A stretch of 64,000 bases of DNA, taken from the NCBI GenBank assembly GCA_964199315.1, contig OZ116710.1:2790001-2854000 (forward strand), given 5' to 3'. The notes beneath the pieces were generated by a model that saw only the letters and a list, made by a program, of their open reading frames with translations, was not told the DNA's origin and ran no database searches. The DNA comes from Orbicella franksi. Taxonomy: Eukaryota. Numbering within the stretch: position 1 is the stretch's first letter; every line of letters starts with the position of its first letter. Position numbers and translations under genes: made by a program. This document shows, in pieces, positions 21,930 to 35,779 of the stretch.

Positions 21930-24720
21930 AATTAGTACGCTGGACAAAACTGTTCTGGATCGACGTTTTACCACGACAAATTAAAACGCGCAAAGCGATG
22001 CAAATAATATTTTGATTGTCTCAAACTTTATTAAATTCCATACATGGAAAGTTATTTTCATATAGATCACGCGAGGAAGACTAAAATAGTGGATCTAAAT
22101 TTGCGGACTGAATCACAAAAATACGGAAAATTGCGTGGTTTCTGAGAAAAAGTAGTCATGGTTTACATCAACATCGTGGAGTTAGACTAGATTTGTTGTG
22201 CGAAGAACATTGTTACGTGTTTGTGGATATTTTTGATGAATTCGGCGACGAAATGGCATGAAGGAGAGATTATCCATCTAAACAGCAGTTATAATCCTGT
22301 GAAACATCAGCGGTTTAGAGAATCAAAGATTCACCTTGTAGTGCTATCACTGAAGGACCAGAAGGAAAACCAAACAACATTTCAAGCTGTTATGCAAGAA
22401 GATGCGAGAAAATGGCAAGCTCCTGGTAGATGAGCACAGGAAGAGGTCCGAACACTTTCCTAAAAGCACAAATACGCAGTGTCTAGAGTTCTTGACCGAC
22501 AATATTTTGTGCACTGTTGGCTTGTACGAAGCGCGAGCTAAAGGCAGCCATCTTTAAAACAGGTGGCAACAACAGTTTAAAGACTCTAAAGAATATCAGA
22601 TCGTATTTCAGTGGTCAAATAAGTTGTAAGTCTTTCTCACGCTTTCTTGTCAAAATTTTGACAAATAAATCCACCAGCACGTAAGGAGTATCTTCGCAAA
22701 ACGACACCCCAAATGTGACTCTTTATTTTTCTCCGAAATAGCGTGATTTTGTATACTTTTGTGACTCAGCTACCAAAGTCGGACACAAGTCTTTATTGCG
22801 TGATCCACATAAAAACAAGATGCTCCAAGTAGCCTATACTCATGCGCAGGAGGTTACAACTTGTATAAAATAGGTACAGACAAGCAATTTAAAAACCTTT
22901 GCCATCCGGCTGACAACTAGAAATAATACGGGAGAAATGCTAATTCGAAAAAAGTGCATCATAGATCTCAGATATAGATAATGAAGATACAGCAGGATAT
23001 GTCATCTTTATTACAAGGATATCGTCAGGTGAATAACAAAGCGAGCCGATGTCGAAAAATTATAGATAGAGAATTAACAAAGGATCAGAATTGCGAATTG
23101 GATGAAATATCTTTTTTCATAGGAATTCTGGACTGAATATATTTAGGCATTTTCTGTTTAAGTGTTAAACTTGTTGGCTGTTAGGATATAATCCAGTACT
23201 GGGCCATTGTATCAAATATCATCTTTGCCTTATTTCCATTGCATTTGTAATTTGATCTTAAAGTACACTTGAAACTTGATTAAATAACATTACTTCTCAG
23301 TAGGCACCTGGTGTTTTTTATATGTTGTTTCATGGAATGCCATATTTTCGAAAAATATTATCATATATATCCCAACACATGTTGCTAAAAACTTTAATTT
23401 TCAATAATTGATACAAAATACAAGGTGCACAAGACTAACCAAGAAGCAGAAAAAGAAAAAGGAAAAAAAAAAATAAATAAACACACAAGCGGACAGTATT
23501 CAGGCAAAAGTGTTTAACTAGCTGACATTGCTCCTCACATTCTAGACTCCTTAAGACGAAATCCGATAGGAAATCAAGCAATTTCAGTTTTTAATGGACA
23601 AACACCTTGTACCAAAATAACTTTAAGTATATTACAATCCTTTTTGCATTTTTGAAAAGCTAAAGATACAAACAGTTGTCTGAAATAACACCAAAAACAC
23701 TTTCTCATGGGAACTCGAGAAGGTAAATTTCAAAGTTCAGAGAAATTGTGAGGTACATGTAAAACACAGGTAAAATTTCATCATCAGTTTCATTTCACAA
23801 GTACTTTCAAATGTTTCATATATTACTTCAAAATTTGTTTTCGACATTTGGTGTTGTCAGAAATGATTTCTTTTGAGAAGATATTTAAAACAATCACACA
23901 GAACTTTCCAATACAATGTAAATAATCTCTTGTCCGCTTGTTACTCGAATTTTTGGTGGATTCCTTCTTAACACCTAAGCTAGTATATATATCGGAACTG
24001 AACGACTTTAACCTGCATTTGATCATAGCGACAAGATAACGCCGAAACGTCATGTTATAAAATTTATTTTTCTTTTATGAGCTAGAGCTAGAATATTGGT
24101 ACATGTATATCGAACGCGGCTCATTACCTGCCCGTTTTGTTGAACACGTCCATTTACACGAACAGGAAGCATTGTTTGAGTAAAAGATAAAGTATACAGA
24201 GCACGTTCTTTGCAAATGATTCTTCTTAATATATCCTTGAATCCCCAAAACCCTAATAGATTTGAGACTGGTCATATTGTCAGATGGCGCTCGACATAAA
24301 CAATGGCTTACCTCTCCTGAAACACTTTCTTGCTGTTCATGAATGCTCACAGGCCAGTTCAGAATCTTTACAACGAACTAAAGTACTGATAGGTACTTTC
24401 ATACCGTATCAAACTGGAGAAAAAGCACAACGTTTGCAAAAAAGCGGCACCTTCTTGAAGAATCCAATATGGCGGCCGGAGCTCCAAAGAGCGTGATAAA
24501 TGCATGCATGCATAAATTTGCATGCGCAAATGTGACACCAAAGCGGAGAAACGGAGGCCATTTTATAACTCATTCGCCATACTGAGCATGAGTAATAAGT
24601 TTCCATGCGTGGAATTTAGTAAAATTTAAGACAACCACAAAATTATTTGTGTCACTTTGTTTGTTTTAATGTTTTGTTGTAAAACGTTGATCCAGTACAA
24701 TTTTGTCCAGCGTACTATAT
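21930..24720. mobile_element. Long-TIR non-autonomous DNA element (same family as 39524-40504, core in the opposite orientation), interrupted by an insertion of about 1.76 kb
   Basis: Left end AATTAGTACGCTGGACAAAACTGTTCTGGATCGACG; right end GTTGATCCAGTACAATTTTGTCCAGCGTACTA. About 22230-22680 is the reverse complement of about 39760-40250. Confidence 0.7.
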
Positions 24721-24934
24721 GACGTTATTTACCCAAATGCAGCTGTAAGCCACACGTCTGCTCACGGCTAAGTTAAATTAATCCAGGTAACCACAAAACA
24801 GTACACAATTATTTACTTAAAGATCATTGAAAAATATATTGTTCTTAACTATGACTTTTATGTTAAGGACGGAACATATTTTTGTTACTGCGCATACGTT
24901 CCACGCACACCTAAGACATTGTGAACAGACCACC

Positions 24935-25150
24935 CAATCTCGTTCCAAGAGACTTCGTTCCCCTTGACCAACGGTCGGAAAACGAAAGCTCGGGGAGCAA
25001 CCATTTTGAAATAACCGAATTCTGGTGATTCTGCCCATCCAGTTTCACTGCGCAGTCTGCATCTATGGCGCATGCCTGAAATGGTTGCTCCCAGAGCTCT
25101 CGTTTTCCGACCGCTGGTCAACGGGAACGAAGACTCTGAAAACGAGATTG
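24935..25150. mobile_element. MITE with long TIRs
   Basis: CAATCTCGTTCCAAGAGACTTCGTTCCCCTTGACCAACGGTCGGAAAACGA...GGAGCAACCATTT at the left end is mirrored at the right end, which finishes AACGAGATTG. Confidence 0.8.
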
Positions 25151-25499
25151 CACACCACCCGAACACAAGGGTTGAAAATTGACGAAATCAACTGGGCGAC
25201 TAAAATGAAAGCAGCATGTTCCTACTGTGACGAAATCAATTAATGAAACTGAATTAAAGCGAGGAGTGCCAGAATAACAGCATATTACCAACCACAAACT
25301 GTTAATGAAAACTAGCTTCTATCCGTAGAAAATTATTCTGAGATCAAATTGTTAACCTGTACTGTACTTGAGGATGGCGTAATGCGCATGCTAGACAGGT
25401 ATGCGACAAGCAAATATTTGACCCATTGAGGTGGTGGCGCAAAAATAAATAAATAAATAAATAAATAAAATAAAACAAAAATTGTAACGGGCTGCAAAC

Positions 25500-25788
25500 C
25501 AAAAACGATTTCAAAAAAGAAGGAAAATAAAAACGCCCAGTAGCTCCCACTTTTATTTCTTAAAATGGAGTGTCAAGCCTATTTAGCACCTGATTAAACT
25601 CTGGCCTTAGCTACTGGGCGTTTTTATTTTCCTTCTTTTTTGAAATCGTTTTTGACTAGGAAGAAAAGGTTAGGAAGGGCTATTGGAATCCAAAGAAAAA
25701 AACGATAGAGGCAATTTTCAAAAGATCCTTAGCCTATCGTTTTTTTCTTTGGATTCCAATAGCCCTTCCTAACCTTTTCTTCCTAGTC
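25500..25788. repeat. Two abutting perfect inverted repeats (46 bp and 55 bp arms)
   Basis: 25500-25545 vs 25609-25654 (63-bp spacer); 25654-25708 vs 25734-25788 (25-bp spacer). Confidence 0.9.
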
Positions 25789-28700
25789 CTAGTCTGGGGA
25801 AAAGTCCTTTGCATTCAGTGGGCACCGTCCTTTATAGGGATATAATCTTCTGTTTTCTGTTCACAAAGTTGAAACTCAAGGTGCTTTTCTTTGGGAAGAT
25901 CCGACTTTATATACTCCAAGATCCCTTGGATCATTAATTTTACATCGAAGGAATCGATGAATACTTTTCCAGAGTGGATTCATCACTTCGTTTCATGTAC
26001 CATGATCCGTGTGATCCCGAATCAAAAATCCCGAGCCGTATCATTTTACAGGAACACACCCTTAGATAAATGATTCAGTTACCCAAGCTAAGTTAGTCAA
26101 CACTGAAAAACATGAAACATTTGTGGACGAGCTACCAATGCCTAGAGGAAATAACGGAACGATCATCAGCCTGCCTAGCTCACTTTGTGCCCGAGTGCTT
26201 TATTCCGGCGACGGAAACCACGGACGCTAAAGGCAAGCCCTCCAGGAAAGCATCCGCAAGCGAAATACTAAAAACTACGCAGGATCAGGGATCATGGGGC
26301 AGAGTTATGACAAAGAACTTGTCACAAATCACGTGCCTGGAATATATAGATTACATTTGACTAACCAGCGTCATCGGTTTGTGATCTAACGAGTCCAAGA
26401 AAAGCCCTTAGCCAATGTTTCTTTAGTTAAACCGAAGAAGAATGATGGAATGGGCCCGACCTGCTCCCGGTCATCTCTTATCAAACGACTGGACCTTTCT
26501 CCCAGTTGGGCACTCCCCGAGACGTACCCTGGAACAATTAAGATAATTGGAATCCATGATTGCCAGATATATGTATGAATTGAGGCCACTGCCGAAGTCA
26601 GATCATAAGTAATTATCGAAGCAGTGCCGGCTACCAAGGAAAATTGGGAATTGCAGAAGAGCGAATGATCGCCAGAACGTCATGATTTTACAACCAAAAC
26701 GAGCCAGATTCCAATTTTAGTTTGATCTATTTACAGTGTAAATCGTTATTTCAAGCAACCACAGGTGTGCATCATCGCGAAAGAATCGGTAAAATCCCAC
26801 AAATCTGCTTAATTTAGTAGATCAATTATAACCACACACTTCCGATGTACACACATTTACCATTCAAATAAATCCGTTATCTTACGTGGCGCAACACACA
26901 AAGTTCCGGATATTTGCAAGAATGCCATAAATTGCATGTACATGTCAGTCTACGTGTTGGCTTGCTGTTTAGTCAACCTGCAGAAGAGTATCTTGAGATA
27001 GACACCGATCTTTGGTTTCAACTGTGAGATTTTGCCAAGATCAAAAACTTCCTCCTGACTGATTTAAGCTTTTCGATTTCTAAAGTGGGATACTTTCCTG
27101 GCTCATAGCTAAATAAACTGAAGTAATTTTCTTTTGATCGTGAGTCCAAGAGTACTCTGGTGACTTCATATGTAGAATATATATAATTATTACCAGTTTA
27201 CAAGTTCTGAGATGCCTTGCGGATTTTGGGATAGAGGATGACAGCGCGAGAATTAGTCCGAGCATTTTACTGGGCTTCTCAGCAAAACCTACAGCTGAAA
27301 GGTTTCCCAGAATTCCTGGCGCTTACTGTCTTGCTATGGTGTGAAAATCATTTAATGCCATTTATCTCACCGCTTACATTCTGATGCCTCGTGTAGGGAA
27401 ATGGATGTCATCACTTCGAATGATCCCATGATACGTTATCTTAAGTCGTGTTCGTGTGTGGTACATCCTAAGTTTTCAGGGAGTCGAGAGCTTTCTTGTC
27501 ACTGTTACATGGAATTTTCCCATCTTAAAGGACCCTAGTCAGCTTCCGCCAGTTTCGATGCCATCGAAATTATCGATATTGCATGGTGAAGCGAAATCTT
27601 ATTGCTTTGCTGTAAGTTGTGTTCCTGAAAGTAGATTCAATTATCTTTAGCAGTTTCACAGTGATAACCTTCGCTCCGAATAAAACATAATAGCTAAACT
27701 CTCGCATGTAAACAAAAACAACGGTGTGTCTGTCTAGGGCCCTATAACTACAGTTAAAACTGTTAAATACACTCCTGGCTCAAACAAAAAGTGACAGCAT
27801 TAACGTCAAGATACAGTTTTCACAAACCGGAAGGTACAATGCAGTCGTTGTTTTTTTGGCTCGGTATAAAGGTCATCCTCTTATAATAACAGGATAGCCA
27901 CGCGGCATAAAGTGTTTGAATTAATTAATTACCGCATTTTTAGGAATGTATCCCACGCTAATAATGTTGAAATACCTGTTCACGCGTTGGCCACGTGTCA
28001 GGGATAAAACGTTTTCCACAGCGGTGATGCTTTAAGTAAACAGAAAAGACATCCGCTCGTCTTATATCACATCCGGAGTCTAAGTCTAATTAATAGATTG
28101 CAGATTGGGGTTGAACAATTAATTGCACTATAAAATTGCTTGGACTCCGATCATTGATTGATGTGGTCAGACAACCACGAAGTATGGGCTTTTGTCGTCG
28201 CTATCCGTCCAATCACGCATTTTGGTTTCATTAATAAGTCTTATTAATCCATGTTGCTCCGGTTTGTAACTCACCAAGAGATCCATCCGTCCATCGCCGG
28301 ACACATGCTCCAAGTTTTACAATATTTGGGCGGGATTCGAAACAGCTGGCCACCCTTCTCAAGAGACCGTGCAAAACCCACGTCAGTTTGTTTAGATATG
28401 AAAGCCCAGGAAATCGCGCAAGGTTCAAATTGAGAAGCGGAAACCATCCTTACTCCTAATTATAAGTTTTTGAGAAACTATTGTGACACTTCCTAGATAG
28501 ATATAGGAATCATTCTTTATTCTCAGAATTAAAACTCAAGCTTATTTCAACGATCCATGTTTATTGCTCAGTAGTCCCAGGGTATTTCCCTTGAAATTTG
28601 GAAGGGGGAAAGGCCCTTGGAACGAAATTGATGAAATGCGCTTGATAAGAACTTTGAAAGTGAGATGTGCATCACTTGATGAAGCAGTTTCACTTCATGG

Positions 28701-31700
28701 GAAACGTGATAATTTTCGTACGATTGTTCAATACCAGCAAGAGACGATAAGGATCGTCGTCTCTTAGTACCAGTCAATCGTGAATGTGCCTGCAGTTCTC
28801 GTCCATATATGTATACATGCGTCCTCAATGTGTTAATCAGATCCAGATCAAGAGATTTCGTGACTTCATAAGGTAAGTATTTATAAAATGTAACTGCTAC
28901 TTAAATATGACCCAAGCCGGTGATCTGTATGCAGAAATATTACTTTGACTTGAAATCTTTTCCTGGATGTCATTCAGTTGGATTAGGAAATATGGTTGGT
29001 CAAATTTGACTAATACTTGTGTTCAGGTTCTATGTGATATTGGTACGGATGTGTAAAAAAGGAATCTATGCACAAACAAGAAAGTTCAAACTTTAAGATA
29101 GAACCTTTAAGATAGCCTATAAACATTATTACTCGATTCAAAATGGAGGATCGTCCTGTATTACCAGAAAAACACGAGTAAAACGTCCACTAATCAAGGC
29201 TGAGCTTTTGACGTTGTAAAGTTTTTAACTTCCAGTCTAAAACGTTTTAAATAATTAAAATTTAAAGGCGCACTTTCATTTTTCACAGTTGGTAACCGAA
29301 GGCTTTGACGTTATTAAATTATTAATCGGAGAACACTTATACTCAGGAAGATTATTGCTCAAGTTGATGAGCGATCAACAGTTAAAGTAGATTCCATATC
29401 ATTTTTTTTTCCATTTAAGAGAAAGAATAACTAGCGAGGCTAATGGTGTATTTTTCGTCGAACACCTGTTCATGCAGTGTTTGCCCCGAAACACAGACAT
29501 CTATTTAAAGTAAATGTTTACCTTTACATTTACGTGCTCAAGATTGGACGTAGAGATAAAGAGGCAAGAGAGTTCATGACTAATGTATTCAGTATTAATA
29601 GGATCGGGAAGTACAGTCCGGTGGGAAAAATACAGAAACACACAAAACTATTGCGGAAGCAAGGGAAGATTCGCCTACGCTTTTCACTAGTTAAGAGTTA
29701 CTTTAAAAATATACAAACTTTCAAAACCAAAATCCTCTAGACTACTCGATAAAGACATAGAGAACTAAACAAACCCGAGACTGACAGCTTTTAGAGTTTT
29801 TGTTTGAGACAATCTGATCAAACGCCATTTCACTATGATTTTTGGAGATTTGCCTGGCTCCTTTTAATCGCACAAATATTTTTCTTGTGTAGAATGCAAA
29901 CCTTAGTTATTGATTGCGTGAAAACGTGAGACCTTGCATGGGTGGTACGACCACTCACTCGAGGGCGTAAATCATTCTTGATAACTTCTCCAAAAAAATT
30001 ATCACGAGTGAATAATAACTTCATTTGTTCTCCTGCCTTCGTCATGTACGGCGGTGATCAATAACTATCGGTATCAACGAATTGATAGTTAACTTTGTCA
30101 GGCCGCCGGATGCACGGCACACAGTTATTCAATTGACTTCGTGTGTGATATATTCTAAGTCCGTAAGCTTTCATCGTTATGCAGCAAAGTTGTCAGTCAC
30201 CTGTTCTTGAGTTCGGCGATTTGACAAGCGTAATACTCACACCTAGAGTAGCTAAAATATAAATAAGGAAAGAATACTGACCTATAAGTTTCGATGTACT
30301 CGCTTGTTAACCTAAAAGAACAAGCCAATTGATTTGTGGCTCGGCATCCGTAGAATCTGAATTATGCCACAATTTTGAAGATTTTCCGCAAGACCATCTG
30401 TCAAGGTTGAGTTCTTTTATTCGCCGATTGAAAAATAAACACCGTAACCAGAGGAAATTAACATTGTTTCTTTATTACCTACTTTGTTTACTCTGCAGGC
30501 TGCAGAGGACTGAAGACGGTTGCATGGTGCGACTCGGTTTGCATTCCACAATGGGAGTTTGGAACAAGACTTCCTTGAGCGCTACAAGAGAACTATGTAG
30601 CATTTGTTTGTTTAAATTACATAACTTTAAAACAACTTGTTTAAAACACCTCCACTTATAATCTGATTACATTACTTGATAAAAAAAATGAAATGCAAGA
30701 CTCTTCGTCGGATGGAAATCCTGCCACCCTACATAGGGTACAAAGTTTTACGTCAAATAGACACGCCTGTTGGTGAAAGCCCTCCATTCGGTAGCCTCTT
30801 TAAAGTCCTCGCGGCCCATTAAATGTGGTTAAATAGACTGCATTGCTCAAAGTTTGAACATAATTAGTGAAAATATTACTAGTATCAACTCGTAAGAGTC
30901 CCGCTCGAAGTATTTTTCTGGCCTCCCAGTAAAACATAATTCAGCTCAAGCCGACCTATAACAAAAAGCCTTTCGTAGAAAAACAAAACCGACATAAAAT
31001 TGGAACCTAATTGCTACTATTTCCGTCTTGCGGCAAGCACGTTCTAGTATAAAACAGCAAGGCTTTGAAATGTACGACACACACATTTTGTTGGCTTTCT
31101 CCCCGCTGGAACTCTGTTCTATCATTTTGATCATGGTGGCAAAGTGGCTGGTGAGTACGTCTTATAAGTAGAACAAAATTGCTTGTTGAGTGGAAATTAA
31201 GAGGCTATATAATTGAATATTTCTGGAACGAATGCAAAATGCAAAGTCTAACATGTCTACGTATTGAAATTGATGTTTGAGAGTGAAAGAAAAGAAAGAG
31301 ATTTTAGGGTCCGTTTCTATACCAAACGGCATAGAAGGCGGAAGAACCAGTTATGTATTGAGACTGTGCATAAAACCTAAAATCATCACTAAAAAATAAA
31401 ATCATCGTCTTAAGGATTGCTTAAATTGAATTGACAAACGAACGGAGAAGACATGGCAAATATAAGAAATTTAGTCTTTTGACTTATATGAAGACGCACT
31501 CTCAAGGCGGATAAACATGACAACTGTTTAGTCGGGTTTTTTTTTTAACCTTATTATTATTATTATCTTTATTTTATTTTTTCTATTATTATTACCTCTA
31601 CTAAAAGTTACTTTCAAGTGAACTGTGTTGCTATGAGTCTTAACCGCGTCACGCCTAGCTGGATTACACGAGCTAACCACCTTAATTACACTGATCATGA

Positions 31701-32745
31701 ACTAAGCCGGTGTTGTTACATGCAGTTGTTATGAATCTCAAGCAGTTGTTGTGCCTATTGCATTATCAACCTCAAGATGATTTGCCCTTTTGGTTCTTTC
31801 GTGCCATTCCTCTCTTAAAGGCGGTAACAATTAATTACGCGTTAATGACATCTATCGCCGACTTCAATAACTCCGCCGACCTACTAACGATCTTAGGACG
31901 ACTGTTTTAGCGTAGATCAGAGGGTTATCAATTTGTCCCAAGCGTGGTTATAAAGATAACTCTCTCTAGTCACGTTTTTCTTTAATAAATACATTAATTC
32001 AGCTAAAGAAATCAGTGCAAACCAGCAAGGGCCAAAGTAACTACCACGAAAGCTAATCCTTTCTCCGGAAGTCGTTGAAAAACGTGTTTTTTCCGCAGAT
32101 TAATTTACCATCACATCTAAGTAGGTCTGAGGAAACCTGATCGAAGTGATTTTATTTTAGCATTTCTATATTTGCGACGACCATTTGTCCGAGATGCGTT
32201 CAAACTTACACCTCCCTAGATCTCACAGTGTTTTTTGTTGTTGTTATTGTTGTTGTTGTTGTTGTTTTTGTTTTTCAATGAGCATTAATTTTGGAAAGAC
32301 AGTCACAGATGACGAGCAAAAGGATACTGTTACGTGCGGAAAATATCAGTTAAAAACTATTCTTTTTTAAACGCAATTTGATATATATATCTAGTTTCCG
32401 ATGACAGGTTTCTTACGAACCTACTCTCGGTTTACTTGCGGCTATTTCTGTCTTGTTTACGACCTATACATTTAAGGACATTCATGTGATCCAATTTAGC
32501 AGAGCATTTAAACTTCTGACCTTAATCTCCGCCTTCTCTTATTAAAACAATGCCGCTTACCTAAACAACACTTTTACCGCATACACGCTTGCGAACGGCT
32601 TTGTTTACTTTGTTTTTTTTTTTTTTTATCTTGAAACAACTTAAATTTTAACGGCTGAAGTATTTTAAGGAAATATATTATTTCATCGAGATTGTATTTT
32701 AAAGAAAAACAAATCAAAACTTTGGCAGTTTGCCGATTCCAGAAC

Positions 32746-35144
32746 ATGAACGTGAAACAATTTCTAGTAAGACTCTACACGTGGCTACAATTTGCATTTC
32801 CCAGTGAAACAACATTGCGTAAACTCATATTGATCGTTTGTCCCAAGGTTCATAGGGTGTGGTTACGTCTTCCGCAGCGGCTACCCACGTTTGGATGGGT
32901 GTGGTCCCATAAACTCCTGGTTTCGCATCGATCAGTAAGGGCAACTTTCATCGACTATGTTTACTCCAGTGATGCATTTTTCGTTACTTTTTGGGAATTG
33001 CAATTAACAAATAGTCAGACCCGACATATTTAATACATCTGGAGCAAAGTATTGATCACCATGCTTGAAATGGAGCAAAGTTTTTCCAAGTTTATCCAAG
33101 ATAAACGAAACTATTCAAGGCATCTGCATCACTCACTCGCCATCATCCACATAACTTTAAATTTTCATTGCTTTTATTTCCAACCATCAACTCTCTTCAT
33201 TTTCTTTATGTTTATTTTTGTTTCATAATGATTTACGGCAACCTTACGATGCCATAACTGACAAATTATTTTTTCCGAAATGTCAGTCAGAAGATGGATC
33301 GAGTCATCTCTGTTCCTTTTCCCCTCGAGTTAAACTCCTCTAAATCGCTGCTTATAACGCTGCGGTAATTTTGTTTCAGTCATGAATGTCACTCAGAAAA
33401 GGGTGTGATGTTCGTAGTGGCAGCATGATTTTGTTAATAGCTGCCCTACGACATTGACCTTCAAAATAAAGCAAAAAAAGCGGAGCAATTAAGTTAAAAA
33501 TAGCCAATCAAAACTTAGTACCATTGAACACGCTAATAAACCCAAGACACTGAACTTATAGCTTCCAGTATTTTTTCCTCTTTTCTTCTATCGAATGATT
33601 ATTAGCGCAGAGGAATTTCGAAGTAATGTAAGCTTTGAATGAGCGTCGATAAAATGAAACAAAGCAATCACTCTTGCCAACAAAATACGAATAACCTCTT
33701 GCAAGCCAATAACGTTAAACTATGCATGCACCAATCGTAAGTGGAGAGGAAATTACTCTGGGCTTTTGCCAACGACGGAAAAACTCGAGGAAGCACTGGA
33801 TTGCTGACGAGGTCTCGTTTGCAAGTACACGAGTTCAGAGCGACTCCGTAACACAAAGCCAAAGTATTCAGCAAACTAAGACTAACACAGAAAATTAGTT
33901 TTGGATAATCAAAATTAATTTATGCACAGCAATAGTTCTAAAACCAGTGATCAATTACCCTAAAGGCGCACGACTCTACTACCTGTGTAAGTCTGAGGAT
34001 TAGGTGTCGTTAACAAGGCATTTGAACTTTATATTTTTCAGAGTCTTATCATTGCTGGGATGCTTTGGACTCCAATACGAAACCAGCCATGCCTGAGGGA
34101 ATTCAGCAGCAAATGTAGTTTGCGCTCAATTTACCGTTACACGAGAAGCACCTCACAAGCTCTCCTGAAGGTTGAAGCTCACAGTGATGGCAACGTAAGT
34201 GGAATAGCCTTTACAGGGAAACGGAGCGAGCCTCTATACACTGGTAAGGAAGATAGCGACAATATATCATTGTTGTTGTTTCGTTATTTTTTAATAACAC
34301 ATGTAAGAGAACGTCTCGAAATACATTTGATAATGAATATTAAAATGATAAAACTACGACGTTTCGAGGTCATCTTGACTTCATTATCAAGTAGAGGTGT
34401 TAGCTGTAGTTTCGAGATTAAATACAAATAAAGGTGATAGAAACACTTATTATGCTAACGTACTCTATCACCTTTATTTGTATTTTTAAATCTCGAAACT
34501 ACAGCTAACAACTCTAATTGATAATGGAGTCAAGATGACTTGGAAACGTCGTAGTTTTCTTCTTTTAATATTTGTTATTTTCATAACAAAAAAATATAAC
34601 TTTATATATTAAGAGAGCTTTAGTCTACGTTCAACTTAGTATCTTGCATTTTTGTCTAAGCAGAGACTAAGATGTCGAAACCCTAAGTTCATCACCAGCC
34701 GGTGTGATTACGTGGTTTGACAATAGGTTTTCAGGGAAACACTCCAACGCAACACAGTGCACTGATTAATCTAAACGAAAATCCTTTTCTGCACTGAGCT
34801 AAGATCTAGACTTTTAGAGTTCACTGGTTAGCTAGAGGGTTGAGAAAACACAATAACACTGGCACGCTGACAACGATTGTCGGGCGAAAAAGAAGAAAAT
34901 AACATCATCAATGACGACGAATCAAATAAGAAAACACCCTGCCCTGTAAAAAGCGCGTGCTAAAATGAAAGCCGTACTTCTAAAATTAGAAACCCACAAG
35001 TGTTTTTGATATAACTTGATAGCAACATAGTTAGCTTGTTGATGTAATGATGACGCGAACAAAAATAATTGACATGTTGATGTTTGAAATAAAAAAAAGA
35101 GTGAATTTTCTTCCTTTTTCTCCAGTGTTTTCTGTAAGAAATAG

Positions 35145-35183
<39 letters not shown>

Positions 35184-35723
35184 ATCCCTGTGTATATCTG
35201 AACTCAAAAAAGTTGCTGAAATTCAAGCCGGAGGTCTCTAACGCGCGATAGCAACTCGGAAAAAAAAACACACACACACACATTTATTCAACCACAGCAG
35301 CTCTGATGATACTCCCATAAACCACTAAATATTTTATTTTTGGTATGGCTTTACAGAATTCCTAATCAAGCGTTGTCTCGTAACCTCATCTGGTCCTATT
35401 TACGCTGTCATGCATTGGAACCATGATTCCAATTATAAGCTGGCCGTTCGCTCCGGACAGGTAGAACTCGAGGTAAGAATAAAGAGGAGCACTGTAGTAA
35501 TTTGCTTGTCTTTAAGTGGTCTAGGTATATTAAGCCTTCTCTGTCCATATTTTAAAAAAGCCAACCTAATCTTATAAGCTTCAAAAAATGCATTTTAAAC
35601 ATTTTATGAGCAGTTATAAGGATCTGGGCCATTTTATCATTTAAATTTTTAATTTTCTTGTTTCAATTGTTAGACTTGATCCAATGCTGTGCTTTTTAAT
35701 ATTTCAGTGTGTCTCATATTTTA

Positions 35724-35779
<56 letters not shown>

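Noticed and set aside
28720-30600. Exon-like segments upstream of gene B as coding exons
   Set aside because: No phase-0-compatible open frame into 32743; at most 5' UTR exons.
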